Source: Nitrosopumilaceae archaeon
GTDB taxonomy: Archaea > Thermoproteota > Nitrososphaeria > Nitrososphaerales > Nitrosopumilaceae
Length of the DNA: 64,000 bases
Direction of reading: 5' to 3'
Assembly (NCBI GenBank): GCA_965203465.1
Contig: CBDBCR010000001.1
Coordinates: 1-64,000, forward strand
Numbering within the stretch: the first letter of the stretch is position 1; the number at the start of each line of letters is the position of its first letter. The position numbers and the translations under genes were made by a program. Under the pieces are notes generated by a model. That model saw only the letters and a program-made list of their open reading frames with translations, ran no database searches and was not told where the DNA came from. Shown here one piece after another: positions 41,133-51,633 of this stretch.

Positions 41133-42381
41133 CCGTGCCAGCACCTATCAGCCGCCAGCGGTCCGATATCCTCCGGCTGATGGCCACGTTGCCGCCCGAG
41201 AACAGGCAGACGGGCCTGCGGAACTCCACGTCCACCCTGTCCCCCTTTACCGACGAGACCTTGGAGAGCAGCGGCGCGGTCCCTATGTTGAGGCGCAGGT
41301 TCTCGCCCTTTTGCACCGGCGAGACCTTGGCCTCGCCCTCCAGGCCCACCGCCAGATCGAATAGCTTTACGGTCAGCGCGGCCCGCGTGGAGTTGTCCGG
41401 CAGCGTGCCGGGCCTGCCGACCACCGAGCCGATGAACGAGTCGCTCCGGGTGAGCGAGGGGTCCAGCGATGTGCCTATGGCCACCAGGCCGCCGGGCCTT
41501 ATCGAGCCGACGGTGCCCGCGCCGGTGCCCAGCGAGACGGCCTTAGTCCGCACCGGCTCGTAGCCGCTCTTTGCCTGTATGCCCGGCTTTATCTCGATCT
41601 CCTCGCCCTCTTCGAGGCGGCCCTGCACCAGGCTGCCGCCCAGCACGCCCCCCTTTACCTTTGGTATGGCGGTGCCGGGCCTGTTTACGTCGAACGAGCG
41701 CAGCACGTGCATTATCGGATCCTTTTTCTCGTCGCGCTCGGGCGTGCGTATGCCCGTCTCCACCGACTCTATGAGGGCGTCCACGTTGAGCCCGGCCTGC
41801 GCCGAGACCGGCACCACCGGGGCCTCCTGGGCGGCGGTCCCCTTTACGAAGCCGCCGATCTCCGCGCGGTTCGAGACGGCCTCCTCGTAGGTCACCAGGT
41901 CCACCTTGTTCTGCACCACGACCATCTGGTCTATGCCCAGCGTCTGCAGCGCCAGCAGGTGCTCCTTTGTCTGGGGGCGCGGCACCTTTTCGTTGGAGGC
42001 CACCAGCAGCAGCGCGCCGTCCATCAGGGCCGAGCCGGAGAGCATGTTGGCCATGAGGCTCTCGTGGCCGGGGCTGTCCACAAAGCTGACCACGCGCGAA
42101 AACTCGCTCTGCCCGCCGCACGAGGGGCACTTTGGGGAGGTGGAATAGCCCTCGGGCGCAGAGCAGCTGGGGCACTTGTAGAACGCCGCGTCCGAGTACC
42201 CCACCCGTATGGTGATGCCGCGCTTTAGCTCCTGGCTGTGGACGCTGGTCCAGCTGCCCGTCATGGCCTGTATGAGCGTGGTCTTGCCGTGGTCTACGTG
42301 GCCGGCCGTGCCGATGTTGACGCAGGGCTGGTAGCCGTACTTTTTGACGTACCATTCGGGGAGGGTGTCCTTCCAGTGCAC
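41125..42381 (-). CDS. eif2g: Translation initiation factor aIF2 gamma
   Basis: GHVDHGKTT, RGITI, DSPGH, NKVD. Confidence 0.97.
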   Translation of the reverse strand: MHWKDTLPEWYVKKYGYQPCVNIGTAGHVDHGKTTLIQAMTGSWTSVHSQELKRGITIRVGYSDAAFYKCPSCSAPEGYSTSPKCPSCGGQSEFSRVVSFVDSPGHESLMANMLSGSALMDGALLLVASNEKVPRPQTKEHLLALQTLGIDQMVVVQNKVDLVTYEEAVSNRAEIGGFVKGTAAQEAPVVPVSAQAGLNVDALIESVETGIRTPERDEKKDPIMHVLRSFDVNRPGTAIPKVKGGVLGGSLVQGRLEEGEEIEIKPGIQAKSGYEPVRTKAVSLGTGAGTVGSIRPGGLVAIGTSLDPSLTRSDSFIGSVVGRPGTLPDNSTRAALTVKLFDLAVGLEGEAKVSPVQKGENLRLNIGTAPLLSKVSSVKGDRVDVEFRRPVCLFSGGNVAISRRISDRWRLIGAGTVG

Positions 42382-42413
42382 GCCGGCCGGCCGGCGCGGT
42401 GCCTTAAGAGTAT

Positions 42414-42791
42414 TCACTCGGCCGGCTTTTCCTCGGCGGGCTTTTCGGGCAGCCGGCCGTCGAGCAGGCAGTTGATCTGGTAGATCTCTTCGGATATCGA
42501 GCCGCCGCGGACCAGCTTGCGCACGCGCTGGCCCGTCTCGGCCTTCCTGAGGCCCACCCCGCGCGAGAGCAGCACGCGCTTGCGCGCGGCGCCGTGGACG
42601 TCGCCGCGGATGGGCACGCCGGACTTGTCGCTGCCGCCCGTTATGGTCAGCTTGCCCTGCAGGCCGGCCAGCGCCGCGTCGGCCGTGCCGCCCACCTCGA
42701 GCCCTATCAGCGAAGAGGCCTCGGGGTCCTTTACCTCGCGCGAGACCGAGCGGCCCCCGGCGTCCGATATATTCAGCTTGAAGCTCACCAA
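42414..42791 (-). CDS. rps6e: 30S ribosomal protein eS6
   Basis: ITGGSDKSGVP, RKLVRG, QIN. Confidence 0.95.
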   Translation of the reverse strand: MVSFKLNISDAGGRSVSREVKDPEASSLIGLEVGGTADAALAGLQGKLTITGGSDKSGVPIRGDVHGAARKRVLLSRGVGLRKAETGQRVRKLVRGGSISEEIYQINCLLDGRLPEKPAEEKPAE

Positions 42792-42863
42792 GCGCGCGGG
42801 CGCCGGGCCGGTCTAATTTTAAGGGATCGGCACGTTTGTAAAGCCCCCGCCGGGCCGCCTCCC

Positions 42864-42977
42864 GTGGAGGGGTGCCCGCGGTGCGGCGAAAAGATGCTGC
42901 AGATTCAGGCGTGCCACATGATGTGCCCGCGGTGCGGGGCCCACTTGGACTGCTCGGACAAGGGCACCTTTTGGTAG
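42864..42977 (+). CDS. 37-aa CPxCG zinc-finger microprotein
   Basis: MEGCPRCGEKMLQIQACHMMCPRCGAHLDCSDKGTFW; TTTGTAAA box upstream. Confidence 0.7.
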   Translation: MEGCPRCGEKMLQIQACHMMCPRCGAHLDCSDKGTFW

Positions 42978-43151
42978 TCAGAGGCCGGGGCGGTCGGGTA
43001 TGTAGTCGGCTGCCATGTTGACCGCCTGGTCTTTCATGATCTCGAGGTATTTTTCGTAGTCGGCCTCGAACCCGCAGTGCGGGCAGGCCACGCGCGTGAC
43101 CTCGTCGTCCAAGACGGCGGGCTTTTCGCACTCGGGGCACCTTGCGTCCAC
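42978..43151 (-). CDS. 57-aa zinc-ribbon protein (absent from ORF track)
   Basis: MDARCPECEKPA...ACPHCGFEADYEKYLEIMK...; TTAAATA box upstream. Confidence 0.75.
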   Translation of the reverse strand: MDARCPECEKPAVLDDEVTRVACPHCGFEADYEKYLEIMKDQAVNMAADYIPDRPGL

Positions 43152-43197
43152 GCCCCTCTTTGCGGGCCCGCGTATTTAATGCAATGGAACCGGCGGG

Positions 43198-44133
43198 CTA
43201 GCCCAGCTCGCGCAGCGCCCTGTCTATCGAGCCGCGATCCTTGGCGTCCGGCGAGAGCCTGACATACTCGCGCAGGTCCGAGCGCGCCCCGTCCCTGTCG
43301 CCCGTCTCGAGCCGCGCGACGGCCCTGTTCTTGTACGTCGAGCCGCTGCGCGCCGGGTTCACCGATATGGCGTCGGTGTAGCAGGACACAGCCTCCGCGT
43401 ACTTTTTCTCCTTTAGCATCCTGTTGCCCAGCCCGCGGTGCGCCGAGTACGCGCGCGGGTTGAGCCGCACGCACTCGCGGTACAGCCCTTCGCACTCTGC
43501 CGAGCCCCCCTCGTTGAGCATGCCGGCCAGCAGCGAGAGCGCGCACGGGTTGGACGGATCTTTTGAGACGGCCTCGCGCAGTACCGAGACGGCCCCGTCG
43601 GCGTTGCCCGAAAGCGAGTGCTTTTCGTACTCGAAGCAGAGCCGGTTGGAAAAGTCGTGCGGGCCGGGCGGCGGTATGACGTCGGGCGGCGCGATCATCA
43701 CCATCATGCGCCCCTCTTCTGCCCACATGCCGTCGAACTGCCTTTCCGGTATGGCCCCCACGTGGAACGAGCCGTCTTTTTCCATCTTTGGTATGTAGTG
43801 TATGACGGTGCCCTCTTTCGGATCGTAGCCGGATATCACCGAGGCGTGCTGAGAGGCGCCGCGCACGCCGGGCAGCACCACGATGGGCGGCACGCCCGAG
43901 TCGAGGCACTTTTTGAGGCCGGCGAGGTCTGACCTCTCAAAGCGCGCCGACAGGCCGGCCCCCTCCGCGCGCTCGACCCCCTCTATCATGACCGCGATGC
44001 CCGGCGGGTACTTGGACGCGGCCCCGGCGTCTAGCGGCAGCTTTGCCCCCCAGTAGCTGCACACCACGTTTACCGCCAGCGGCATGCACGCGTTCTCTTC
44101 CTCCACCAGAGGCAGCTGCAGGTCGTGGTCCAC
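43198..44133 (-). CDS. Peptidase C39-like domain plus TPR protein
   Basis: ENACMP...QHASVISGYD and C-terminal TPRs. Confidence 0.75.
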   Translation of the reverse strand: MDHDLQLPLVEEENACMPLAVNVVCSYWGAKLPLDAGAASKYPPGIAVMIEGVERAEGAGLSARFERSDLAGLKKCLDSGVPPIVVLPGVRGASQHASVISGYDPKEGTVIHYIPKMEKDGSFHVGAIPERQFDGMWAEEGRMMVMIAPPDVIPPPGPHDFSNRLCFEYEKHSLSGNADGAVSVLREAVSKDPSNPCALSLLAGMLNEGGSAECEGLYRECVRLNPRAYSAHRGLGNRMLKEKKYAEAVSCYTDAISVNPARSGSTYKNRAVARLETGDRDGARSDLREYVRLSPDAKDRGSIDRALRELG

Positions 44134-44233
44134 GGGCGGGGGCGCGGGCGCCGGTAAAAAAAGTCTTCAGGCGTGCGGGCGCCGTCTCCGGACAAGAGGC
44201 GCCTAGCCGGACCGGACGGGGCGCGAGCCGCCG

Positions 44234-44782
44234 CTACCCCTGATCCCGCTTGCCCGGCAGCTTTGCGAACGCGCGCAGCAGGGAGCGGCCGTCCGCCGTC
44301 ATCTCGGGGTGGAACTGCGTGCCGTACGCCAGGCCGTTGCGGTGCGCGACGATCTCGTGCATGCAAGAGTCGGAGCTGGCGACCGCCTCGAGGTGCGGGC
44401 CCGGCCGCGCTATCTCGTAGCTGTGCGATTCGAACACGTCCATCTCGGCGGGGAACAGCGGGCCGGCCGAGAGCGCGCGCACCCTCTCGGGGCCGGAGCG
44501 CCGGGCGCAGCGGCGCAGCGTGCCGCCCAGGGCCAGCGCCATGATCTCGGCCCCGTAGCATATGCCCAGCAGCGGCTTTGACTCTTTTACGCAGTGGCGC
44601 ACGACGGCCGAGTTGGCAGCGTTCATGGCCGCGTCGTTGGCGCGCCTCCCCGACAGCACGAACCGGTCGTACCTGTCCAGGGGGCCGAGCCGGTCGAAGC
44701 GGGCCGTCTCCAGCTCTGTCCCGCGCAGCGCCCCGGCTATCCGCGGGCAGTACAGGGAGCCGTTGTCGACGACAAGCAGCAA
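44234..44782 (-). CDS. Class I glutamine amidotransferase
   Basis: VDNGS, LGICYG, QFHPE. Confidence 0.9.
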   Translation of the reverse strand: MLLVVDNGSLYCPRIAGALRGTELETARFDRLGPLDRYDRFVLSGRRANDAAMNAANSAVVRHCVKESKPLLGICYGAEIMALALGGTLRRCARRSGPERVRALSAGPLFPAEMDVFESHSYEIARPGPHLEAVASSDSCMHEIVAHRNGLAYGTQFHPEMTADGRSLLRAFAKLPGKRDQG

Positions 44783-47626
44783 TCAGCTGCCTACCTCGAC
44801 TGCCACGTAGTGGATCTCGGGTATGGAATCGCGCACCACGATGGTGCCCACGCGCACCTCGTCGCCCTCCTCCCACATGAACACCCTGTCGCTGCGCGGC
44901 GCCACGTAGTCGTCTATGAAGCCGCCCACCAGATCCTCGGTCTGCTCCACCTCGGCGGCCGTGTAGAATATGATGCTGCCCTCCTCGAACGAGAGCGGCA
45001 CCTGTATCGAGGCCGGCTCGACCACCTCCAGGCCGGCCGCCTCGAAGGCGGCGCGCACCAGCGCCACGCGGGCCTCGCGGTCGAGCTCTTCGAGCTGCGA
45101 GCCGTCCGACGGGGCTATCCCGGACAGCTTCTGCAGGTACGCCCGGAACGCGTCCTGCTGCGTGTCGCCCAGCCCCACGTAGTATTCGCCGGTGAACGAG
45201 GCGCCCACGGCCGCTATGGTGCCGAGCTGCGCCACCACGCCGCCGGCGCCGGCCGTATATACCGGGATAAAGTACGTGTCGTGCTCGCCGACCCTGTACA
45301 GTATGTTGTCGCCCACGCGCGGGTTGCGCAGCAGCGTCTTTAGCTGGGCAAAGTCGGGATCCCTGTCGAGCGCCTCGCTGACGGCGGTCGGCCCTATCAG
45401 TTTGGTCTCGGAATCGAGGGGCACCTCGTAGAACTGCATGCGGCCCAGGTTGGGCGGGTCGTTCTGCACTATCATGTAGCCGGCCAGGTTGCGGCCCTGC
45501 GAGCCTTTCAGCTCCAGCGAGAGCAGCCCGATGAACTCGGTCTCGTCGAAGCCGGGCGGCTTTGCCTCGATGTAGTACGTCTCCAGCCCGCGGGGTATCT
45601 CGTAGAACTCGTTGGCCTGTATGAACGTCTCTACGTCGGTCACGTGGTAGGTGTTGTAGCGGTCCGTCTTCCAGTTGAACATCTCGGAGGGGTACCTCAT
45701 CTGCCCCTTTAGCCACTCGGGTATCTCCTGGAACTGGGCGCTGTACTGCGCCTCGAACATCTCGGTGAAAAAGTCGTCGCCCGTCTTTAGCAGCGCGATG
45801 TCGCCGTCGTAGACGTCGACGAGCGCGTAGCCGACCAGCCGCAGGTATGGGCTTCCCGCCGACCAGGGCACGTTGTTGGCCTGGAAGCCCACTATGAGGG
45901 GGACCAGCCAGTACGAATCCTCGCCGTCGGTGACCGGCAGGGCGTCGAGATCCTCGCCGAACATCTGGTACAGAAAGTACGGGTACAGCGTCGACATGCG
46001 GTCGTTGATGTCCTTGTACCGCATTATGTGCATCGATTCGCCGGGGAACGAGAGCAGGAAGTTGGGCTCGAAGACCCAGCTGAGCGGCGGCGGCACGTCC
46101 AGGCCGCCGGCGCCCGCGTAAAAGACCTGCTCCAGCTCCGCCGACTCGGTCCGGTTCAGGGGGTATGCGGACCACGTCTCGCTGAGCAGCCCGCCCTCGC
46201 CGTAGTATATGGAGCGCTGGCTGAAGAACTCGCTGCTGTCGACTATCTGCCCGCCGGTGGCCTCGAGCGTCAGGAACCCGTTGGGCACGTGCGTGTACAC
46301 CAGGTGCTCGTTGTACCACCTGTCCTCGAGGGTGACCGCGTCGGGTATGATCGGCTTCATGGACGCGGTCCAGTAGAGCGTGTCGTTGAAGCGCAGGATG
46401 TCGTTGTCCTCGAAATCGACGTACGGTATCAGGCCTATCTCCGGCTTTAGTTTCGCAAAGGCGGCCTCCCAGTCCCAGACCCGTATGGAATCGAGCACGT
46501 CGGTGTTGTCGTCCACGTACGCCTCTATGCTGTTGGGCGATATCGATTCGAGGCCCACGTCGTGCGTGGTCTCGTCTATGCGGTCCAGCTCCGCCAGGTA
46601 CCTGTTCACGCCTATCTCCTGGGCCTTGTACGGGCCGAGGTACTCTATCTTGCGCGCGTCGGCGATGCTGTTGTTGACCGCCAGCAGCGAGCCCATCACT
46701 ATGGCTATGACTATGACCACGCCTATCCTGACCAGCAGGTCGCGCTGGAACATGTGCGTGAGCACGCGCGCGCGCACCCTGTCTATCACCGAAAAGGCCA
46801 CCATGGCGAAGCCGATGAGCAGCGTGCCGGCGATGACGTAGCGCGTGTTGTAGTCTATAAAGTCGGTGAAGAACATGTTGAAGCCGGTCCAGATCAGGCC
46901 GGCGCCGATGACCGCCTCGACCGTCGAGACGTAGCTGAGGTAGCGCGGCTTGCCGTCCGACGAATCGCGTATGTACGAGGTTATCACGCGTATGACGGAG
47001 CCGACCCCCACGTACAGGACCAGGCGCATGCCGACGGCCGTCAGCAGGGGGGGCGCGAGCATCAGCAGCGCCGGGGCCATGGGCAGCACGTTGTCGGCGG
47101 CGAACGCGGGGTCGGTCGGCGGCGTCACGAAGGGCAGCGCGAAGAGGGCCGGCAGGCTGGCGGTCCCCATGTCGGCCCCGTCGGCCATGGACATGATCGC
47201 GAACCCGAACATGATGTTGGTGAAGAACGCGCCGAGCAGCAGCACCTTGGTTATCTGCCAGACCGCGTACGAGACCGGGGGGAGGCGGTAGTCCGAGAAC
47301 GCCACGACCGCCTTGGAGGCCGAGTCGCTGCGCTCGCGCGAGGACAGGCCGAGGCCGACCGAGACGCTGTACCAGAACATCGAGGAGCGCGCCACCGGGT
47401 TGACGCGGACCAGCGCGACGGCCGAGAGGGCCAGCGCCGAGACCAGCGAGTAGTAGAGCGGCTTTGAGAACTTTTCGCCGAACTCGGCGAAGTTCATGTA
47501 GATGCTGACCGCCTGGTTGCCCGCTATGAGGAATATCACCACGGCTATGACGGCCGTGATCCCCAGCCTGACGTACTTTCCGGTGTCTGCCGGTGGCCGC
47601 TCGCTGCTGGCCGCTGCGCTATACAA
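44783..47626 (-). CDS. UPF0182 family membrane protein
   Basis: Multi-TM N-terminus, IRVWD, HLVYTH, IYYGE. Confidence 0.85.
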   Translation of the reverse strand: MYSAAASSERPPADTGKYVRLGITAVIAVVIFLIAGNQAVSIYMNFAEFGEKFSKPLYYSLVSALALSAVALVRVNPVARSSMFWYSVSVGLGLSSRERSDSASKAVVAFSDYRLPPVSYAVWQITKVLLLGAFFTNIMFGFAIMSMADGADMGTASLPALFALPFVTPPTDPAFAADNVLPMAPALLMLAPPLLTAVGMRLVLYVGVGSVIRVITSYIRDSSDGKPRYLSYVSTVEAVIGAGLIWTGFNMFFTDFIDYNTRYVIAGTLLIGFAMVAFSVIDRVRARVLTHMFQRDLLVRIGVVIVIAIVMGSLLAVNNSIADARKIEYLGPYKAQEIGVNRYLAELDRIDETTHDVGLESISPNSIEAYVDDNTDVLDSIRVWDWEAAFAKLKPEIGLIPYVDFEDNDILRFNDTLYWTASMKPIIPDAVTLEDRWYNEHLVYTHVPNGFLTLEATGGQIVDSSEFFSQRSIYYGEGGLLSETWSAYPLNRTESAELEQVFYAGAGGLDVPPPLSWVFEPNFLLSFPGESMHIMRYKDINDRMSTLYPYFLYQMFGEDLDALPVTDGEDSYWLVPLIVGFQANNVPWSAGSPYLRLVGYALVDVYDGDIALLKTGDDFFTEMFEAQYSAQFQEIPEWLKGQMRYPSEMFNWKTDRYNTYHVTDVETFIQANEFYEIPRGLETYYIEAKPPGFDETEFIGLLSLELKGSQGRNLAGYMIVQNDPPNLGRMQFYEVPLDSETKLIGPTAVSEALDRDPDFAQLKTLLRNPRVGDNILYRVGEHDTYFIPVYTAGAGGVVAQLGTIAAVGASFTGEYYVGLGDTQQDAFRAYLQKLSGIAPSDGSQLEELDREARVALVRAAFEAAGLEVVEPASIQVPLSFEEGSIIFYTAAEVEQTEDLVGGFIDDYVAPRSDRVFMWEEGDEVRVGTIVVRDSIPEIHYVAVEVGS

Positions 47627-47653
47627 AACCGCCCTGCGGCCGGGCGTGGCAAA

Positions 47654-48763
47654 TTAATGCCTAACGGTCTCAGGCACGCGGGCGAACCCCTTGCAGATCA
47701 TGTAGGCCGCCGCGTAGCGGGGGACCGTCGCCTCGCCGGAGTACGGCCCGAAACTGCGCCCGCGGAGGCGGAACTGGAGGGGGCAGTCGGAGACAACGTC
47801 GGCCGGCTCGTCGTCTATGAGGCACGCCTCCGAGTAGGGGTCGAAGGCGCCGGGGTCGGCGCAGCGCACCTTGGCCATGCCGCTCTTGCTGTTGAGCGTG
47901 CCGGGCAGCCTGAATATGCGGTGCACGTCCATGGTGACGCGGTGGTCTATGACGGCCCCTATCAGGGGCGAGAGCTCCTCGAGCCTTTTCTGCATGGCGC
48001 CCCTGCCGGCAAGCTCGGCCTCCTTGAGGGCCTTGTTCCTCCTAGAGCGCGGGAACAGCCGCGCGGCCGCCCTGCCGCGCCAGCCCGGCTCGCCGTGGCG
48101 CGCCGGATCCGCGAGGCCCGAGCGCGCAAAGCCCACCGATTCGGGCGTGGCGCCGCGGAACGACAGGTAGTCGCACAGCTCGGCGCGCGCGCGCGAATCC
48201 AGCCGCGCGTAGGCCGGCTCGTCGACGTGCACGTGGAACCCCTCGTTGCCCGAAAAGTACACCGCCGCCCCCCCTATCCCCAGGTCCTCGCGCATTATCT
48301 CCAAAAGTTTGGAGACCTCTTTTTTGGCGGCCCCGATGCAGCGCCGGCACGGGAACGAGGCGCTCTCGGTGGCCCCGCCGCACTCGCACGGCCCCCGGCC
48401 CCGCCGCGCCGCGCCGCACGAGGCGCACCGCGAGCAGGCGTGGCCGGGCCTGCACTCGAGATCCAGGTCCTTTGCGTCCACGTCGAATATGAGCTCGGCG
48501 CCCCGCCAGTCCTTCTGGCCCATCTGCGCCTCCGGAAAGGCGTACGCCGCGTTGGAGCAGTACGCGTCGGCCGGCGACTGCTCGAGCATCATGGCGGACA
48601 GCTCGCCGGGCGTCTTTACGGACAGGTGCCGCACCATGCCGGAGCCGAATGGCACGTAGCCGAACTCGCGCTCGGCGATGCGGCCGGGCGGCTCGACCGA
48701 CTCTATGTTGTCGAAATAGTACTTGCGGAACGCCGACTGGAGGAACTCCAGCTCGGGGCTCAC
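47654..48763 (-). CDS. priS: DNA primase small subunit
   Basis: EREFG, ELIFDVD, FSGNEGFH, RIFRLPGTLN. Confidence 0.95.
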   Translation of the reverse strand: MSPELEFLQSAFRKYYFDNIESVEPPGRIAEREFGYVPFGSGMVRHLSVKTPGELSAMMLEQSPADAYCSNAAYAFPEAQMGQKDWRGAELIFDVDAKDLDLECRPGHACSRCASCGAARRGRGPCECGGATESASFPCRRCIGAAKKEVSKLLEIMREDLGIGGAAVYFSGNEGFHVHVDEPAYARLDSRARAELCDYLSFRGATPESVGFARSGLADPARHGEPGWRGRAAARLFPRSRRNKALKEAELAGRGAMQKRLEELSPLIGAVIDHRVTMDVHRIFRLPGTLNSKSGMAKVRCADPGAFDPYSEACLIDDEPADVVSDCPLQFRLRGRSFGPYSGEATVPRYAAAYMICKGFARVPETVRH

Positions 48764-49758
48764 GCGCGGCGCACCCCGAACTGCCCCGGGTGGAAGATGC
48801 CGTCGCACTCGGCGGTCGCGAAGCACAGGTCGTCGCGCTTTATCTTTTCGCACGAGGGGCACGAGTACGGCCCGCCGTCCCGGCCCCGTATTATCTGGCC
48901 GAGCTGGTAGCGCGTGACCCGCTCGTTGTAGTCGGGCGCGTTCTTGAAGAGCGGCGCTATCTGGTCTGCGCCCTGCCCGCGCGATATCAGGTAGGTGGCC
49001 AGCATGAACCGGCCCGAGTGGGGCAGGTTCTGCCCCTTTTCGAGCACCTCTATGGCGTGCTTTACGCACGGGGGGTACTCGCCGGACTGCGCGGTGGGCA
49101 CGTGGAAGCGGGCGGCCAGCTCTTCGAGCCGGGCGACTGCCCCCGAAAAGCCGGCGGCCTGCGGCGGTGCCGGCGCCGAGGTTATGCGCTCGGAGATGTA
49201 CTCTGATATGCCGGCGCGCAGCAGCCGGACCGTCTCGTGGGCGGTCAGCAGGACTTTGCCGGAATCGACCCGCCGGTTGACCAGCTTCCACTCGCGCTCG
49301 TGGAAACTGGAGGCGCGCGCAAGATAGTCGGGGGCCGCGATGGCGACGCCGTCTTCGGTCTTTGATACGGATATCGAAAAGAGCTCTTCTATTATGCCCA
49401 GCGCCAGCCTTTCGCGCTCTCCGTCCTGCATGGAGCCGAGGTCGCGCTCCAAGTGCCTCTCGGCCCTGCGCGCCTCGGCCAGCGAGAACCTGCGCACCAG
49501 CGTCATGGCGTGCGTCATGCGCAGCAGCACCACGGCCAGCAGAAACGAAAAGACCGAGGCGTCCAGCGAGCTGTCGGGCGGCGAGTACACGCGCCCGTCG
49601 GCTGCCACCTCTATTCTTTTGACCGCCTCTTCCATGAACCCGGCGAGGTCGGGGTCGGTCCCCAGGTCCTCGAGGGTGAACCCCTGGTCTGCCAGGTATT
49701 TGCCCGCGTCGGGCAGGAACGGGTACTTTGCGAGCTCGTCGCGGCCGAGGCGGATCAC
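48760..49758 (-). CDS. priL: DNA primase large subunit
   Basis: AKYPFL, YPPCV, H..RF, Y.CPSC..C..C Fe-S motif. Confidence 0.93.
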   Translation of the reverse strand: MIRLGRDELAKYPFLPDAGKYLADQGFTLEDLGTDPDLAGFMEEAVKRIEVAADGRVYSPPDSSLDASVFSFLLAVVLLRMTHAMTLVRRFSLAEARRAERHLERDLGSMQDGERERLALGIIEELFSISVSKTEDGVAIAAPDYLARASSFHEREWKLVNRRVDSGKVLLTAHETVRLLRAGISEYISERITSAPAPPQAAGFSGAVARLEELAARFHVPTAQSGEYPPCVKHAIEVLEKGQNLPHSGRFMLATYLISRGQGADQIAPLFKNAPDYNERVTRYQLGQIIRGRDGGPYSCPSCEKIKRDDLCFATAECDGIFHPGQFGVRRA

Positions 49759-49834
49759 GGGGGGGCGGTATGCCCGGGCCTTTAAATCTGTGCGGGCCGC
49801 GGGCGCGGAAACCGGCCGGGATCGCGCTCCCGGA

Positions 49835-50251
49835 TCAGGCCCATTCAATCGGCAAGAAAGAGAGCATTCTGTTGGTTGAGATTACGGGAATTCCCTCCAC
49901 CGCCTTCATCTGGCGAAAGCGTTGGTTGTCGGTGACGATGTAGTCCGCGCGGCCGTCGCGCGCGGCGCTGAGCACGATGGCGTGGTCTTGATCGCCCACT
50001 ACGGTGAATAGAGATGTCGGGCGAACGAGCTCGATCGAACCTGTCGCCGACTCGAATCTTTCAAGCGCGCCGCGGCTCGCTTCGGATCCCAACCCGCTCA
50101 GAGTTTTGTTTACCGCGGTTATGATGCCCGGGGAGCCGAGCAGGACGTATTGCTTGCCAGATACGGCCCCGTCTACGAGCCGTCTGGCTTTTCCGTTGCG
50201 GATAGCTGCGCTGACGGGCACGCCGGTGTCCAAGACTGCGCGGTGCTTCGT
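49835..50251 (-). CDS. PIN toxin copy C, degenerate active site, no canonical start
   Basis: VLDTG, ADYIVTDN; paralog of copy B. Confidence 0.65.
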   Translation of the reverse strand, partial: TKHRAVLDTGVPVSAAIRNGKARRLVDGAVSGKQYVLLGSPGIITAVNKTLSGLGSEASRGALERFESATGSIELVRPTSLFTVVGDQDHAIVLSAARDGRADYIVTDNQRFRQMKAVEGIPVISTNRMLSFLPIEWA

Positions 50252-50281
50252 CTCTGCTGTTTCCAGTTTCTGTACTTGCAG

Positions 50282-50590
50282 CTAAGGCTGCGCCTTTGAC
50301 GCGTTCAGCGACGCCTGCATTCTCTTCTCCCTTTCTTCCCTCCTGTGTTTGTGAACCAGTTCTACGACTTCCTCTTCGGACATTGTTATGTTGTGTTTGT
50401 CCATTTCCTCGCAAAGCTCGGCCCACGCGGCCTCTGCGCTGTTGGCCGGGACCACCATCATCATGATCTTGCCGTTTTCGCGCCAGGCGACGGCCTTTAT
50501 GGGGGCCGCCAAGCCGATCTCCTTGAGCAGGGCCTCGGGGACGGTCACTCGATCCTTTTCGTCCATGTCGGTCACTATCGGCTTAACCAT
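50282..50590 (-). CDS. AbrB/MazE-like antitoxin copy C
   Basis: MDEKDRVTVPEAL; ITMSEEEVVELV tail. Confidence 0.8.
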   Translation of the reverse strand: MVKPIVTDMDEKDRVTVPEALLKEIGLAAPIKAVAWRENGKIMMMVVPANSAEAAWAELCEEMDKHNITMSEEEVVELVHKHRREEREKRMQASLNASKAQP

Positions 50591-50704
50591 TCGCCGTTCT
50601 GCGCATCGCGGGACTTAATATTTTGAGCGGATCCTACCCGCACGAGGGCCCCGACGGGGCGCCGGTATCGGCCGGAATCGCGCATACGGATCTGCATATG
50701 CCGA

Positions 50705-51115
50705 TCAGGACTGCAAGAGATCGAGCATCCGGGCGATCGTGATTATGGGGATCCCCCGGAACTCTCCCATCCCGAGAAGGTGCCTATCGCCGGTGACTAT
50801 GTAGTCGGCATGACCGTCGTGCGCTGCGTTGATCACGATGTCATCGTCCGGATCGGCTCGTACCTCCCTGAATTCCGACTCTGTGGCCACGATCTCGGCC
50901 GAAGTCGTCACTAACTGGAATATTCCAAGCGCGTCTGGGTGCATTTCGAATTTAGGCCTGCTCAGGACGTTTTCTGTTTCACTGATGATCTCTGGAGAGA
51001 TGATCAGATCGTATTGTTTGTCATCCATGGCCTTGTTTACGAGTTGTCTAGCTCTTCCGTTTTTGGTAGCGGCACTGACTAACACGTTGGTGTCCAAGAC
51101 TGCACGATACTTCAA
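50705..51115 (-). CDS. PIN toxin copy B (TIGR00305-like), intact
   Basis: VLDTNVLVSA, IISE, DPDDD, ADYIVTGDRHLL. Confidence 0.9.
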   Translation of the reverse strand: MKYRAVLDTNVLVSAATKNGRARQLVNKAMDDKQYDLIISPEIISETENVLSRPKFEMHPDALGIFQLVTTSAEIVATESEFREVRADPDDDIVINAAHDGHADYIVTGDRHLLGMGEFRGIPIITIARMLDLLQS

Positions 51116-51159
51116 GGTCTCTGCTGTTTCCAGTTTCTGTACTTAAAGACAGCTAAAAC

Positions 51160-51447
51160 CTACGCTTTTGAAGCGTTCAATGCCGCCTGTCTCTTCTCTC
51201 TTCTGTACGCGCGAACCTCTTCTACGATCTCCTCTTCGGACATCGTTATGTTCTTTTTGTCCATTTCCTCGCAAAGCTCGTGCCACGCGGCCTCTGCGCT
51301 GTTGGCCGGAACCACCATCATCCGAATCTGATCGTGTTCGCGCCAAGCAACAGCCTTTAGGGGGGCCCCCAAGCCGATCTCTTTGAGCAGGGCCTCGGGG
51401 ATGGTCACTTGGCCCTTGTCCACGGCGGTCACTATTGGCTTTGCCAT
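51160..51447 (-). CDS. AbrB/MazE-like antitoxin copy B
   Basis: VDKGQVTIPEAL; ITMSEEEIVEEVRAYR. Confidence 0.85.
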   Translation of the reverse strand: MAKPIVTAVDKGQVTIPEALLKEIGLGAPLKAVAWREHDQIRMMVVPANSAEAAWHELCEEMDKKNITMSEEEIVEEVRAYRREKRQAALNASKA

Positions 51448-51633
51448 TCGCCGCTCTGCGCATCGCGGGCTTAATATTTTGAGCGGATCCCTTTGCACGA
51501 GTTTAGCCTCGACTGGGTGCCAAGCGCGAAAAGGCGCCGGCGGCAGGCCCCGGCCGGGCGCCCGCATAAGCCTGATGTGGCACCGGGTCATTATGTTCCG
51601 ATAGTTTGCCGGAGTCGCGCATCCGGGTCTGCA

